This document shows, piece after piece, positions 1 through 9,259 of a DNA stretch of 42,803 bases. The stretch comes from Chlamydiia bacterium (GTDB lineage Bacteria > Chlamydiota > Chlamydiia > Chlamydiales > JBMOFD01), in NCBI GenBank assembly GCA_049314435.1, contig JBMOFD010000005.1, forward strand, positions 1 to 42,803. Reading direction: 5' to 3'. Position 1 is the first letter of the stretch. Each line of letters starts with the position of its first letter. The notes under the pieces were generated by a model. The model was not told the origin of the DNA and did no database searches. It saw nothing but the letters and a program-made list of their open reading frames with translations. Position numbers and translations under genes: made by a program.

Positions 1-1
1 G

Positions 2-19
2 CCCACTCGCGAGAGTGGG
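2..19. terminator. GC-rich hairpin 3' of the carbonic anhydrase gene (possible terminator)
   Basis: CCCACTC-GCGA-GAGTGGG perfect 7-bp stem ~30 nt past the stop at 51. Any U-tract on the minus strand would lie outside the window. Confidence 0.3.
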
Positions 20-50
20 AATCTCATCGGCTTTACCCGATCGAGAGAAG

Positions 51-800
51 TCAAGGGGAAAGTAGTTCGACCCGTCCACTCTGTAGGTGATAGTAGCCAG
101 CTTGCACGGCCAGCTTGCCCTCTTTCACCAGTCGCTGGATGACGGGGGACTTCAGGAGGTGATCTTTCCATCGAATGGCATTTGCCTTGATGGATCTGGC
201 TAGAAGATCGGCCTCAGGTTCTTGGTCTACCGAGTCGATGGACTGAGCGATCAGCTTAGCGACGTGTTCAATGTCTTTGGTCTTCCCGTGCAGGACGGCA
301 TCCACAGCCCCACAGCTTTCATGGCCCAGGACGAGGATGACCGAGGAGTGCAAATAGAGCGCGGCATAGTCGACGCTATCGAGTTCGAGGGGACCGATGA
401 CGTTACCGGCGACGCGTACGACAAAGAGATCACCCACTCCCTGGTCGAAGAGGATCTCGGGTGACACTCGAGAATCGGCACATCCGACGATGACCGCAAA
501 GGGCTCCTGGTGGGAGAGGAACGCTTCTCGGCGCTCGGCAGTTCGGTTGGGGTGTTCTAGCGTGTCATCGACAAAGCGAGCATTACCGGCGAGTAGACGT
601 TGGAGGGCTTCTTGAGGAGCTGGGCGCATCGTTGGAGCCGGGGAGGCCGGATCCGTCTGTTCTTTGAGCTGCGTTGGAGCAAGGTCAGCAAGATAGAGAG
701 AGCTGGCGGTGGACTCCTCGCTGGTGGCGGACGCCAGAGCTGGGTACATGCCGCATAGGTAGGCTAGTCTAAACGCAAGCAAGAATGACAATTTAGGCAT
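51..800 (-). CDS. Beta-class carbonic anhydrase with hydrophobic/signal-like N-terminal extension
   Basis: Zn-ligand motifs GCADSRV and LGHESCGAV, plus GDLFVVRVAGN and ALQRLLAGNARF. Start placed at ATG 800 (MPKLSFLL); the ORF-track start at 986 overlaps rnr. Confidence 0.9.
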   Translation of the reverse strand: MPKLSFLLAFRLAYLCGMYPALASATSEESTASSLYLADLAPTQLKEQTDPASPAPTMRPAPQEALQRLLAGNARFVDDTLEHPNRTAERREAFLSHQEPFAVIVGCADSRVSPEILFDQGVGDLFVVRVAGNVIGPLELDSVDYAALYLHSSVILVLGHESCGAVDAVLHGKTKDIEHVAKLIAQSIDSVDQEPEADLLARSIKANAIRWKDHLLKSPVIQRLVKEGKLAVQAGYYHLQSGRVELLSP

Positions 801-863
801 TGGGAACCACGAGGACAGGAACAAGGTCATTCCTGTGGGTATCACGAGGCCTAGATGCAGGTC

Positions 864-897
864 AACTAGCACTCTGCATTCCATCAGAGTGCTAGTT
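864..897. promoter_or_regulatory. 13-bp perfect inverted repeat with CIRCE-like half-sites
   Basis: AACTAGCACTCTG-CATTCCAT-CAGAGTGCTAGTT between the rnr stop and the carbonic anhydrase start. Confidence 0.4.
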
Positions 898-924
898 AAG
901 CGTTTGTCGGCCCAACAAGGATGA

Positions 925-3153
925 CTAGGCGTGGCGCTTGGAGCGCCGTGGTTTCGATGGGGGGCGGTCTGGGCGATCCGACTCACGAGCGGCGGCGAGC
1001 TCAGAATTCCACTCTGTCTCCAGAGTCATCAGATTGAGATTCATCAGTCGCACTTGAATGAGGTCGCCGACCCCAAACGTTGTGCCAGTGTGCTCGCCCA
1101 CGAACTGTTGAGCTCGCGCGTCATGATGGAAGAACTCATGGCCCAAATGGCGGACGTGGATGAATCCTTCGACCATCATGTCGGTGATCTCGAAGATGAT
1201 GCCGTGGGGACGTACTCGCGTGATGATCGCAGAATAGGTCTGATGAGGGTCCTTTTGCCAATGCTTGCGGAGCATCCGCAGCTTCTTGAGCTTGACCACG
1301 CTATCCTCAGCCCGCGCTGAACGACGCTCCTGCTCGCTGCACGCCTCGGTGAGCAGAGTAAGATCAGCTTCCAGAAGGTTGAAGAGAGCGCGCTGGCCCA
1401 CGAGATCTGGGTAGCGGCGAATGGGACTGGTGAAATGGCAGTAGTGGTCCAGTCCGAGCCCGTAGTGACCAATGTTGTCAGGAGAGTAGAACGCGAGGTT
1501 CATGCTCTTGACAAAAGCGATCGCCAGCTGTTCCAAGATCGGAGACTTGGCAGCTTCCTTGAAGAGCTTCTGCAGATCCTCTTGCGCGGGATTCTTCTTG
1601 AGTTGGAAGCCAAGAGCGCGAGCGGTGAGCATGAACTCATTCAATGAGTCGGTAGATGGGGGCGCATGGATGCGATAGGCCACAGGCTTGTTTTGCTTGG
1701 TTAGATGGACCGCGACAATTTCATTGGCCTTGAGCATGAACTCCTCCACCATCTGGTGGGTGATGTCATACTCATGGCGTTCCATGCCGGTGGGCTCGCC
1801 AGCATCATTGACGATGACTTGCACATCAGAGAGAGCCAGTTCCACACTGCCCCGTTCAGCACGCTTGGCTTTGAGGAGATTGCAGAGCTCAACCATGTTG
1901 TCCAGGGTCGGGCTGTGCTTGCTGCGTCGTTTGCCTTCAATCACTTCTAGAGCTTCCGCGTAGCTGAAACGCTTGGCTGAACGGATGACCGTTCGTACAA
2001 TGCGGTAGCGGAGGAGCTCACCTGTCCCATCAAACTCCATGAAGACCGTGACCGTCAGACGGTTCACTGCTTCTTTGAGCGAGCAGAGGTTGTCTGACAG
2101 CTCATGGGGCAACATGGGGATGCAACGCCCTGGGAAGTAGGTGGAGTTGCAGCGTCTTCGAGCTTCACGATCCAGAGCGGACCCCGGCGTGACGTAGTGC
2201 GCCACATCCGCAATGTGAACGCCGAGCTGGTAGTGGCCTTTACGGGTTTTAACAAGGCTCAGAGCATCATCAAAGTCTTTTGCCGTCGTTGGGTCGATCG
2301 TGAAGCACTCGACCTCGCGCAGGTCCTCACGACCTTCTAGATCGCGATTGGAGACGCGTGTCCCGTACTTCATCGCTTCATCCAATACATCTTCGGGGAA
2401 CTGGGAGCGTAGTTGATGCTCTTCGATCGCCACCTGGATGTCTGCCGAAGCATCCTCGATCGAGCCGAGATTGCGTATGACCATCACGCTGCCGAGTTCA
2501 TCCTCGTCCGCCTTGGGCCAGCGAATCATCTGGCAGACGACGCGATCACCCTCGACGCAGGAGATCTGACTGCTCGCATCAACGGGGATGTGACCATCCG
2601 ACTCTTCCAGCCCACGAATCCAGACCATCTGAGGACCCACGACATAGCCAACCAGGTGGCTGCGGGTTCTCTCCAGAATCCGAAGGACAGCTCCCTCGGG
2701 TCCCTTTTGGCTGTTGATCGAGTGAGGAACGATCGAGACCTCGACCAGGTCGCCGTCCATGGCGCCTGATGTGGCTTGCTTAGGTATAAAAACTTCTTGA
2801 ATATCTGGGCAGTTTTGAGGAGCCACGAATCCGAACCCGCGAGGATGTTTCCGTAGAATGCCCTGGGCTGAGGAGGGCACTTTCTTCTTCTTCGAGGGGG
2901 GAGGGGTGGGCATGGACTCCGTAGGTTGACGAAAGGCGATTCCGCCTTTGTGGGTATAGATGACTCCTTCGAGGAGGAGCTCACTGACGAGAGATTCCAA
3001 AAGCGGGCCATCCTTGGCCGGCAGACGCAGTGCTCGGAGGAGCTCCTCTAGAGAGACGGGATGAGGGGAACGTTGCAGGAAGTCAAGGATCTCTTGTCGA
3101 ATCTGCTGGGGAGCCCTTTTAGGGGATTTTCGTCTGGAACGCGAAGCGGACAT
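925..3153 (-). CDS. rnr: Ribonuclease R (RNB family exoribonuclease)
   Basis: Cold-shock domain (HPRGFGFV), RNB catalytic TIDPTTAKDFDDAL, HFTSPIRRYPDL, C-terminal S1 domain and basic tail. Confidence 0.96.
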   Translation of the reverse strand: MSASRSRRKSPKRAPQQIRQEILDFLQRSPHPVSLEELLRALRLPAKDGPLLESLVSELLLEGVIYTHKGGIAFRQPTESMPTPPPSKKKKVPSSAQGILRKHPRGFGFVAPQNCPDIQEVFIPKQATSGAMDGDLVEVSIVPHSINSQKGPEGAVLRILERTRSHLVGYVVGPQMVWIRGLEESDGHIPVDASSQISCVEGDRVVCQMIRWPKADEDELGSVMVIRNLGSIEDASADIQVAIEEHQLRSQFPEDVLDEAMKYGTRVSNRDLEGREDLREVECFTIDPTTAKDFDDALSLVKTRKGHYQLGVHIADVAHYVTPGSALDREARRRCNSTYFPGRCIPMLPHELSDNLCSLKEAVNRLTVTVFMEFDGTGELLRYRIVRTVIRSAKRFSYAEALEVIEGKRRSKHSPTLDNMVELCNLLKAKRAERGSVELALSDVQVIVNDAGEPTGMERHEYDITHQMVEEFMLKANEIVAVHLTKQNKPVAYRIHAPPSTDSLNEFMLTARALGFQLKKNPAQEDLQKLFKEAAKSPILEQLAIAFVKSMNLAFYSPDNIGHYGLGLDHYCHFTSPIRRYPDLVGQRALFNLLEADLTLLTEACSEQERRSARAEDSVVKLKKLRMLRKHWQKDPHQTYSAIITRVRPHGIIFEITDMMVEGFIHVRHLGHEFFHHDARAQQFVGEHTGTTFGVGDLIQVRLMNLNLMTLETEWNSELAAARESDRPDRPPSKPRRSKRHA

Positions 3154-3216
3154 GCTTTCTACTGCAAAATGAAATACATCAATGGATCACAACGAATGAT
3201 GGTACCACAACAACAA

Positions 3217-4101
3217 TCAATCCTGAAAACGTTTTGCGCATAACCAGGTATTAAAGAGCAGGGCTGCTCGCGTCATGGGGCCCACCCCTCCGGGAACGGG
3301 GGTGATAGCGCGGCAGATGGGAAGGACTTCCTTGAACCGCACGTCTCCCGTGACGGAGCGCTTACCCTCGGCGTTGGTAGAGGGATGGATGCCGACATCG
3401 ATGACAACGGCTCCAGGTCGGACGTACTCCGGACCAATGAGGTGACGCTGGCCGGCTGCGATGACGAGACAGTCAGCCCGGCGGCAGAGGCTTGGCAGAT
3501 CTCGGGAGCCAGAGTGAGCCAACGTCACCGTCGGTCCGCCGCCCGGACGTTTCTGCGACCAGAGGAGCATAAGGGGTTTGCCCACCACGCGACCGCGACC
3601 GACGATCACGACGTCCATCCCAGATAGGGAGATCTGGTAATGGCTACAGAGACGGTCGATCCCAAGGGGAGTACAGGGCACTGGCGCCGATCCGCCTAAG
3701 ACAAGCTGCCCCATGTTGTAAGGATGGAAGCCGTCCACATCCTTACTCGGATCCACTGATTCTAGGATGAGATCGGTGTCTAGGTGGCCAGGCAGTGGCA
3801 GCTGCACGATGATCCCGTGGACAGAAGGGTCGGCGTTGAGGGCGGCAAGGCGATCCAGTAGGGTCTGCTGAGCGACCGTCTCATCGAAGGTGTGGATCAC
3901 ACAGTGGATCCCCACCTCTTCAGCATCCTGGCGCTTGTATTTTACATAGGATTGGGAGGCCGGATGCTCTCCAACGAGCAGGACAGCCAGACCAGGTCGG
4001 AGGCCAGACACATTGATCGAGTTGCGGATTTCCTGCTTCCATGCTGCAGCAGCAGTATTACCGTCCAAGATGAGAGCAGGAGAAGAGGGTGATGCAGACA
4101 C
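3217..4101 (-). CDS. folD: Bifunctional methylenetetrahydrofolate dehydrogenase/cyclohydrolase
   Basis: Motifs HGIIVQLPLP, KDVDGFHP, PCTPLG, VIDVGI and ITPVPGGVGPMT; GTG start. Confidence 0.96.
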   Translation of the reverse strand: MSASPSSPALILDGNTAAAAWKQEIRNSINVSGLRPGLAVLLVGEHPASQSYVKYKRQDAEEVGIHCVIHTFDETVAQQTLLDRLAALNADPSVHGIIVQLPLPGHLDTDLILESVDPSKDVDGFHPYNMGQLVLGGSAPVPCTPLGIDRLCSHYQISLSGMDVVIVGRGRVVGKPLMLLWSQKRPGGGPTVTLAHSGSRDLPSLCRRADCLVIAAGQRHLIGPEYVRPGAVVIDVGIHPSTNAEGKRSVTGDVRFKEVLPICRAITPVPGGVGPMTRAALLFNTWLCAKRFQD

Positions 4102-4272
4102 GTCGATGGCTAGCCTCGCTTACAGACTAAGGATAGATGCTGTGGGGGAATTTCGTTTAGCGTCTCTTGACGTCGATGGAAAAGCAGATCCGAATTTTGT
4201 TGTTTCGCAACCTGTCTAAACATGAGACCTAGACACCTCTCGACTTTGGTCGAGAGGTGTCTGCGAAGTGGG

Positions 4273-6252
4273 CTATTTTGGAGCCTTGGTTGGAGGGATA
4301 CGAGAGATGCTGAGTTGGATATGGTCGGCTTGATTCGTCTGCAGGACTCGGAAGCCCGAGGCCTCGACGAGAAGTAAGGAGGATTTGAGAGCTTGCGAGG
4401 CGCAGCTCTCGAGCTTGTCGAACTCATTGGGTTGAGTAGGAAAGACCTTCAACAGTCCCCAGGCGGTGTGACTCACTTTGATCCCTTTGTCAACTTGATC
4501 AAAGAGTCGGTAAAGGCTTTGCTGCAGCGCTGTTGCCGCCTGTTCACCTCCAGTGCTTTGGCCCGCTGTTTCCTGAAATGCGTCCTTGATCATCCCGATC
4601 CACAACGAAGTGTCTCTTTTAGACGATGGGGAAGCGTTGAACATCCCTGCTGTGGGGGAGGCCTCCTGGGATGTCCGCTTCGCCGTTGAGCTTGCGGGTG
4701 GCGACATGCGAGGATCGCTGGATCCAAGGGACGATGTTGGGCTTGGCGTCATATGGAGTGGTCTAGCTGGCTGCTCGGTTGGAGAGGGAGACTGCAGAGC
4801 CTCTCCTCGAGGCCATCTCGGCTTCACGACGACCCGTGGGAGAGGACTCTGTATCCCGGGAGGCGTCAGGTTGGTGCTCGAACTCAAGGCTGGCCGTATG
4901 GGCTGTGGCACTAGAAACTCTGGAGTGCGCTGTTGTTCACACACCTGATTGGCGCATCTGAGCCATGGCTGTGGGGGGGGCTGTTGGGGTCCGCAGTGCC
5001 CCGGGGCCGGCCATCGTTGGGATATAGGGGCTGGTATCAAGGGACTGGTCCCATGGGCGTAAGTCTGTTCGGGTGGGCGCTGCTCATAGTAGGGCTGCAT
5101 CACAGGTGGCGGGCTATTCCAGGGGCCAAAGGGGGCTCCGCCTTGCATCGGATGCCACGCTTCGGTCGGAGATGGCCACGATCCTTGGGAGGGCCTCCCT
5201 TGAGGGGAGCCTAAACTGCCCGCACTCGGATTCGGTTGCAACGCAAATGGGCCCCCTTGGAACACAAAAGTGCCTGGTGCGTGGACGTTGAAGGCTCCTG
5301 TCGTGATTGGGTAGAGCATGGGATGGGGAAAGATGGGGGGTGAAGAGCCCTGCCCCACGGAATTTAAGAGCAATCCCGCCATATAAGGAGCCTGTATCTG
5401 TCCTGGATCGGGCGCGCCTTGCTGGACTCGTTGCCCAGCTTGAGAAAGGCTACTTGCCGATGGGAGGGGCTGAGGCGGTCTTTCCTGAGTGGAGTTGGGT
5501 TGATAGGGTCGAGCTGTGACACTGGTCGAGAGGTCGTTACGGCTCCATCCCAATGGCGTGGATGCGGCGTGGTGTTCAGCCCTACCATCGTGTGTAGGGC
5601 TTATTTTCAGCGCAGTATGAGCTACGCTTTGCACTCGGCCGGGAGGGGTGATTGCCTGTGTTGACGGGAATGCTGGCAGTGGAGCCCCTGGGTTGCTCCA
5701 TATTCCAGGCTGGTCCCAGCAGTTGGACTTCCCTTGGAGATAGGCGGGGCTCCGGGCATCGTGGAGTGGCGTTGTTGCATAATCCTGTCCACAGTGAGGT
5801 GACTGTTTGGCTCCCCCTCCAAACCATGGTCTGGGCTCGTTCCCGAAACACCCTCTTTTCGTCTGCGCGGAGTTAGGCAACAACGCCTCGTCGAGTGTGG
5901 TGTCGCTGTAGACAGGAGGACCAGACCTATAGCGGGCCCGTTTAGCCTCGTCTTGATCAACTTCATCAAACATCTCCTTAAAGAAGATGCTTAGGAAGTC
6001 AGCCTGTGGCTTATCCACCCCTGGGTTGAGTACTTGGTGCCCTGGCCCGTTGGTCAAAGGCACGGAGCGGCTGTTGATCGAAGTCAGTCGGTTTGGTGTT
6101 AGGGGCTGCGGCATCCGTGGCAGCAAGTCTAGGCTAACGGAGCTGAAGAGAGCGTGCGCAATGTTCTGAGAGGTGTTGACCGGCTCAAAATTCAAAGGAT
6201 AAGGACAACCCCTCGCTTGGCTAACAGGATTTTTTGCCGCTGGATCCCACAT
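4273..6252 (-). CDS. Pro/Gln/Ser-rich low-complexity hypothetical protein with a C-terminal helical segment; candidate secreted effector
   Basis: About 2 kb uninterrupted ORF; ATG at 6252 (MWDPAAKN); no recognisable enzyme motif. Confidence 0.7.
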   Translation of the reverse strand: MWDPAAKNPVSQARGCPYPLNFEPVNTSQNIAHALFSSVSLDLLPRMPQPLTPNRLTSINSRSVPLTNGPGHQVLNPGVDKPQADFLSIFFKEMFDEVDQDEAKRARYRSGPPVYSDTTLDEALLPNSAQTKRGCFGNEPRPWFGGGAKQSPHCGQDYATTPLHDARSPAYLQGKSNCWDQPGIWSNPGAPLPAFPSTQAITPPGRVQSVAHTALKISPTHDGRAEHHAASTPLGWSRNDLSTSVTARPYQPNSTQERPPQPLPSASSLSQAGQRVQQGAPDPGQIQAPYMAGLLLNSVGQGSSPPIFPHPMLYPITTGAFNVHAPGTFVFQGGPFALQPNPSAGSLGSPQGRPSQGSWPSPTEAWHPMQGGAPFGPWNSPPPVMQPYYEQRPPEQTYAHGTSPLIPAPISQRWPAPGHCGPQQPPPQPWLRCANQVCEQQRTPEFLVPQPIRPALSSSTNLTPPGIQSPLPRVVVKPRWPRGEALQSPSPTEQPARPLHMTPSPTSSLGSSDPRMSPPASSTAKRTSQEASPTAGMFNASPSSKRDTSLWIGMIKDAFQETAGQSTGGEQAATALQQSLYRLFDQVDKGIKVSHTAWGLLKVFPTQPNEFDKLESCASQALKSSLLLVEASGFRVLQTNQADHIQLSISRIPPTKAPK

Positions 6253-6625
6253 AATTTTACCTTTCAAAGGAGTTTGCCCGAGCAGTCTGCGGGCTGACCG
6301 AAATGGAGGCAAGGTGAATTGTGTAATCAAAATCACGATACTCGTAACGATTGTTTACAGTTGTTGCCAATCAATGTTTGAAAATCGCTGAAGCGGCGTA
6401 GGCAGGTCTTTTGGCATTGCTAAGCCGCGCTCTTGGGCTTGAGGTCTTGGCTGGCCTCTGCCTGATGTAGACCCGGGTTGAGCATCTCGTGTCCCCGATC
6501 GGTTAACCAATTGTCCCACCCAGGGTGGTACCTATTTGGGGTATAGCGTCTGGTGTACCGTCTGCTCTTCAATGAACAAATAATAGTACTTTGCTACAAG
6601 CGCATTGGAGAACCCAAGGTGATGT

Positions 6626-9115
6626 ATGACGGGAATAGTGGGGCCATGGGGGTCGGAACGTGACCCTCTCGGTTGGTGGGGGTCCGAGGAGGTCACCCCT
6701 AAAGAGGTTCGGTTAGCGACCCATCTCATTGCCAAGAGCTATCAGCAGTTATGCCAATCCAGCACGTCGTCGGCTTCCCTCAAGGAGCTGCTGCAAGAGA
6801 TGCGAAAGAGCAGCACAGGGGTGGGCGTTTCGCCGGAGGCCGCAGAAGGGAGCGCACAGGGAGGAAGGACTCGTCAAGCCGCGGAGCTTGCTCTGCGCAT
6901 TCTGCAGATGTCAGCAGCTGAGGTCGCGAAGCCCTATCGCACCTCCGCATCTGCTGGCCCCTCCGAAGACAGACCCCTGACCAACACAGAGATCCTGGGG
7001 ATTTGTGATCAGCAAGACCTCTTGGACCAGGTGGTCAACACGAGTGAGCGACTATTGCAAAACGTGTCGCGAGAGGTCTTTGGAACGGGGGCGTTGCGGC
7101 GCAGCCCTTTGGCGCTGCAACAGTGGGCGCTCCTGCATGTTGCGCAGGCCAGCCGGGCAATTCCACCCCTGAGGGGGTCTCTGCGAGAATTGATCGGGAC
7201 TGAACGCGATGGTCCGAGGGTGGGACAACTGTCGAGCAAAATTGCAGATACCCTCAACAATGATGAACTCCTACTCAAAGAGCCTGGCATTGGGGCCACA
7301 GAGCTTGAAGCGCAGCGCAAAACCTATCGGGGACTCTGGACAACGCTACAAACCCAGGTTCGAGAGAATCAACGATTTAAGACACTCGGCAAGGATCTGA
7401 CAGCGAATGAAATGCGCACGCTATACGCAGGATACGTGCAGCGACTCGCTCGACTCTGGGATGAGTATGCCAAGTTGGGCACTCCTTGGGCGTTCTTCGA
7501 TCTACTGTCTCGATTTTTGCAGGAGTGTGAAACTGGGTGGGAAGGGCAAATTGCGTTGGCGGAGCGGACTGTCTACGGCATAGAGCCCTTCTTTGTCCCC
7601 CTAGAAACGGTACGCGACCTGCGCAGGGAGCTCGTTCGTAAGGCTGCTCAGCCGTATAGTTCTACCAAAGAGGGTGGGGTCGAAATTCACTACTATCCTG
7701 CGCTCAACCAGATGCTGAATGAGACCCTGGCTCTCGGGTATGGGGCAGAAGAGCTTGGAGAGGTTGAACTCCATTGCCAAGTCATTGCAAGCGACGGGGC
7801 CCGGCGCATTGCTCAGCGGAGAGAGAGTCTACCAGAGGCAGAGGATCTTGTTCTTGAGAAATGGCGAGGTTTGGGGGAGGCGCAGGCCCAGGTGCTGGGC
7901 CGACTGCGCGAGATCTATGAGAAAGCGCTTCCCAGCATTCCGGTAGAAGCAAGGATGCTGTCTCAAGAAGAGAGGCAAGCGGTCGAAAGCTACCAATCCC
8001 GCGTTAAGGAGGCGATCGCCGCGTTCAAGCAGGACCCTAGTGAGGGTTCTTTGAGGGCCCTCACGTCACTTTTCAAGGCGAACAGTATACCATGCAGTGA
8101 GCTGGGTACTCTGCTGATCGAACTGTCGACCATACCGCCCCTGCCCTCATTACAGGGCACGTCGGCAAGCCCCCTAGTTGGAGAGGGAGTGGAGACCTTT
8201 GCAGAAAACCTGCTGACCCGAGCTGAAGGAAAGGCTTTCGCGATGGCCTTGGCCTTTCCCGACGAGGGGCGCTACCACAAAAAAGGGGACCTGACACCGC
8301 TCGGGTTCCATCTATGGATGGCCGTGCAGGGGGCTGCTGAGCCTCGCGACGCAAGTCCAGAGATGCAGGCGATGATAAGTGGCATGCGAGATGAGGTTCT
8401 CGTCGACGCGCGAGAAGCTGCACTCGTAGACGCGCGAGAAGCTGCACTCGTATTCGTTCAACGGGGCGGGAGCTTAAAGGATCTTTCACCGCGACTGCAG
8501 GAGGATCTCGAGATCAGCCTGATTGCTGTAGCCAGGGATCCAGAGGAGTTGAGATATGCGGGCCCTGTGCTGAGAGCTGACCCTGAGGCCGTATTCAAGG
8601 CTGTCCGACAGAATGGGCTATTGTTGGCGGTCGCTGACGATATGCTGCGCAATGACCCTAGAATCGTGCAGGCGGCCGTCCAGCAGAATGGGAATGCACT
8701 AGCGTTTGCGTCTGAGGAACTGCAAGCTGATCGTACAATCGTATTGCTAGCGGTTCGTCAGGAGGGGGGTGCTCTGGCCTATGCGGATCCTAAGTGGAGA
8801 GCGGACCGTACGATTGTGTTGGCAGCTATCAGGCAGAATCCAACCGCCTTGCTGTTTGCAGATGCAGCACTGCGCGGTAACCGTAGATTCTTGCTTGATG
8901 CAATGCGATTCAACGGATCCGGGCCATGGAGTGGACTCCTGCTAAGCAACGCATCTAAGGAGCTACGGAAGGATCGCGGGTTGCTAGCTGCTGCTCGTGG
9001 CACTGTGCACCAGGGGCTATGGTCCTTGTTGTTGATGGGTGGGATAGGCCTCTTGGTTGCGAGAGCTCTAACTCGAGCGGTTGATCGAGTTATCGAGCGA
9101 GATAATGATCGTTAG
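6626..9115 (+). CDS. Candidate effector: NEL-like Cys domain, ~7 DUF4116-type 25-aa repeats, C-terminal hydrophobic tail
   Basis: 829-aa ORF; repeats such as QNGNALAFASEELQADRTIVLLAVR at ~8459-8998; tail LWSLLLMGGIGLLVARAL; CETG...VEIHYYPALNQMLNETLAL at 7526-7735. Confidence 0.75.
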   Translation: MTGIVGPWGSERDPLGWWGSEEVTPKEVRLATHLIAKSYQQLCQSSTSSASLKELLQEMRKSSTGVGVSPEAAEGSAQGGRTRQAAELALRILQMSAAEVAKPYRTSASAGPSEDRPLTNTEILGICDQQDLLDQVVNTSERLLQNVSREVFGTGALRRSPLALQQWALLHVAQASRAIPPLRGSLRELIGTERDGPRVGQLSSKIADTLNNDELLLKEPGIGATELEAQRKTYRGLWTTLQTQVRENQRFKTLGKDLTANEMRTLYAGYVQRLARLWDEYAKLGTPWAFFDLLSRFLQECETGWEGQIALAERTVYGIEPFFVPLETVRDLRRELVRKAAQPYSSTKEGGVEIHYYPALNQMLNETLALGYGAEELGEVELHCQVIASDGARRIAQRRESLPEAEDLVLEKWRGLGEAQAQVLGRLREIYEKALPSIPVEARMLSQEERQAVESYQSRVKEAIAAFKQDPSEGSLRALTSLFKANSIPCSELGTLLIELSTIPPLPSLQGTSASPLVGEGVETFAENLLTRAEGKAFAMALAFPDEGRYHKKGDLTPLGFHLWMAVQGAAEPRDASPEMQAMISGMRDEVLVDAREAALVDAREAALVFVQRGGSLKDLSPRLQEDLEISLIAVARDPEELRYAGPVLRADPEAVFKAVRQNGLLLAVADDMLRNDPRIVQAAVQQNGNALAFASEELQADRTIVLLAVRQEGGALAYADPKWRADRTIVLAAIRQNPTALLFADAALRGNRRFLLDAMRFNGSGPWSGLLLSNASKELRKDRGLLAAARGTVHQGLWSLLLMGGIGLLVARALTRAVDRVIERDNDR
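8399..8452 (+). repeat. In-frame 24-bp tandem duplication (LVDAREAA x2)
   Basis: ctcgtcgacgcgcgagaagctgca / ctcgtagacgcgcgagaagctgca / ctcgta; one mismatch between the full copies. Confidence 0.9.
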
Positions 9116-9259
9116 AGGCCAGAGTGGTTAATTTTTGTTGATTCGGCCCAGCTGTGTACAAGGAGTTGTGGTTCGTGATCTCTGGATCTATTGGGTGTTG
9201 TCCCGTGAGCGTGGGATCACCCCTCTCGACAATGGATTCCGGCATGCGGGGAGGTTCAG

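Noticed and set aside
801..986. N-terminal extensions from the ORF track (carbonic anhydrase 986; also maeA 22285, tgt 36615, porin 39467, mreD-like 14271)
   Set aside because: They overlap neighbouring genes or structured leaders; downstream starts with better SD or homology context exist.
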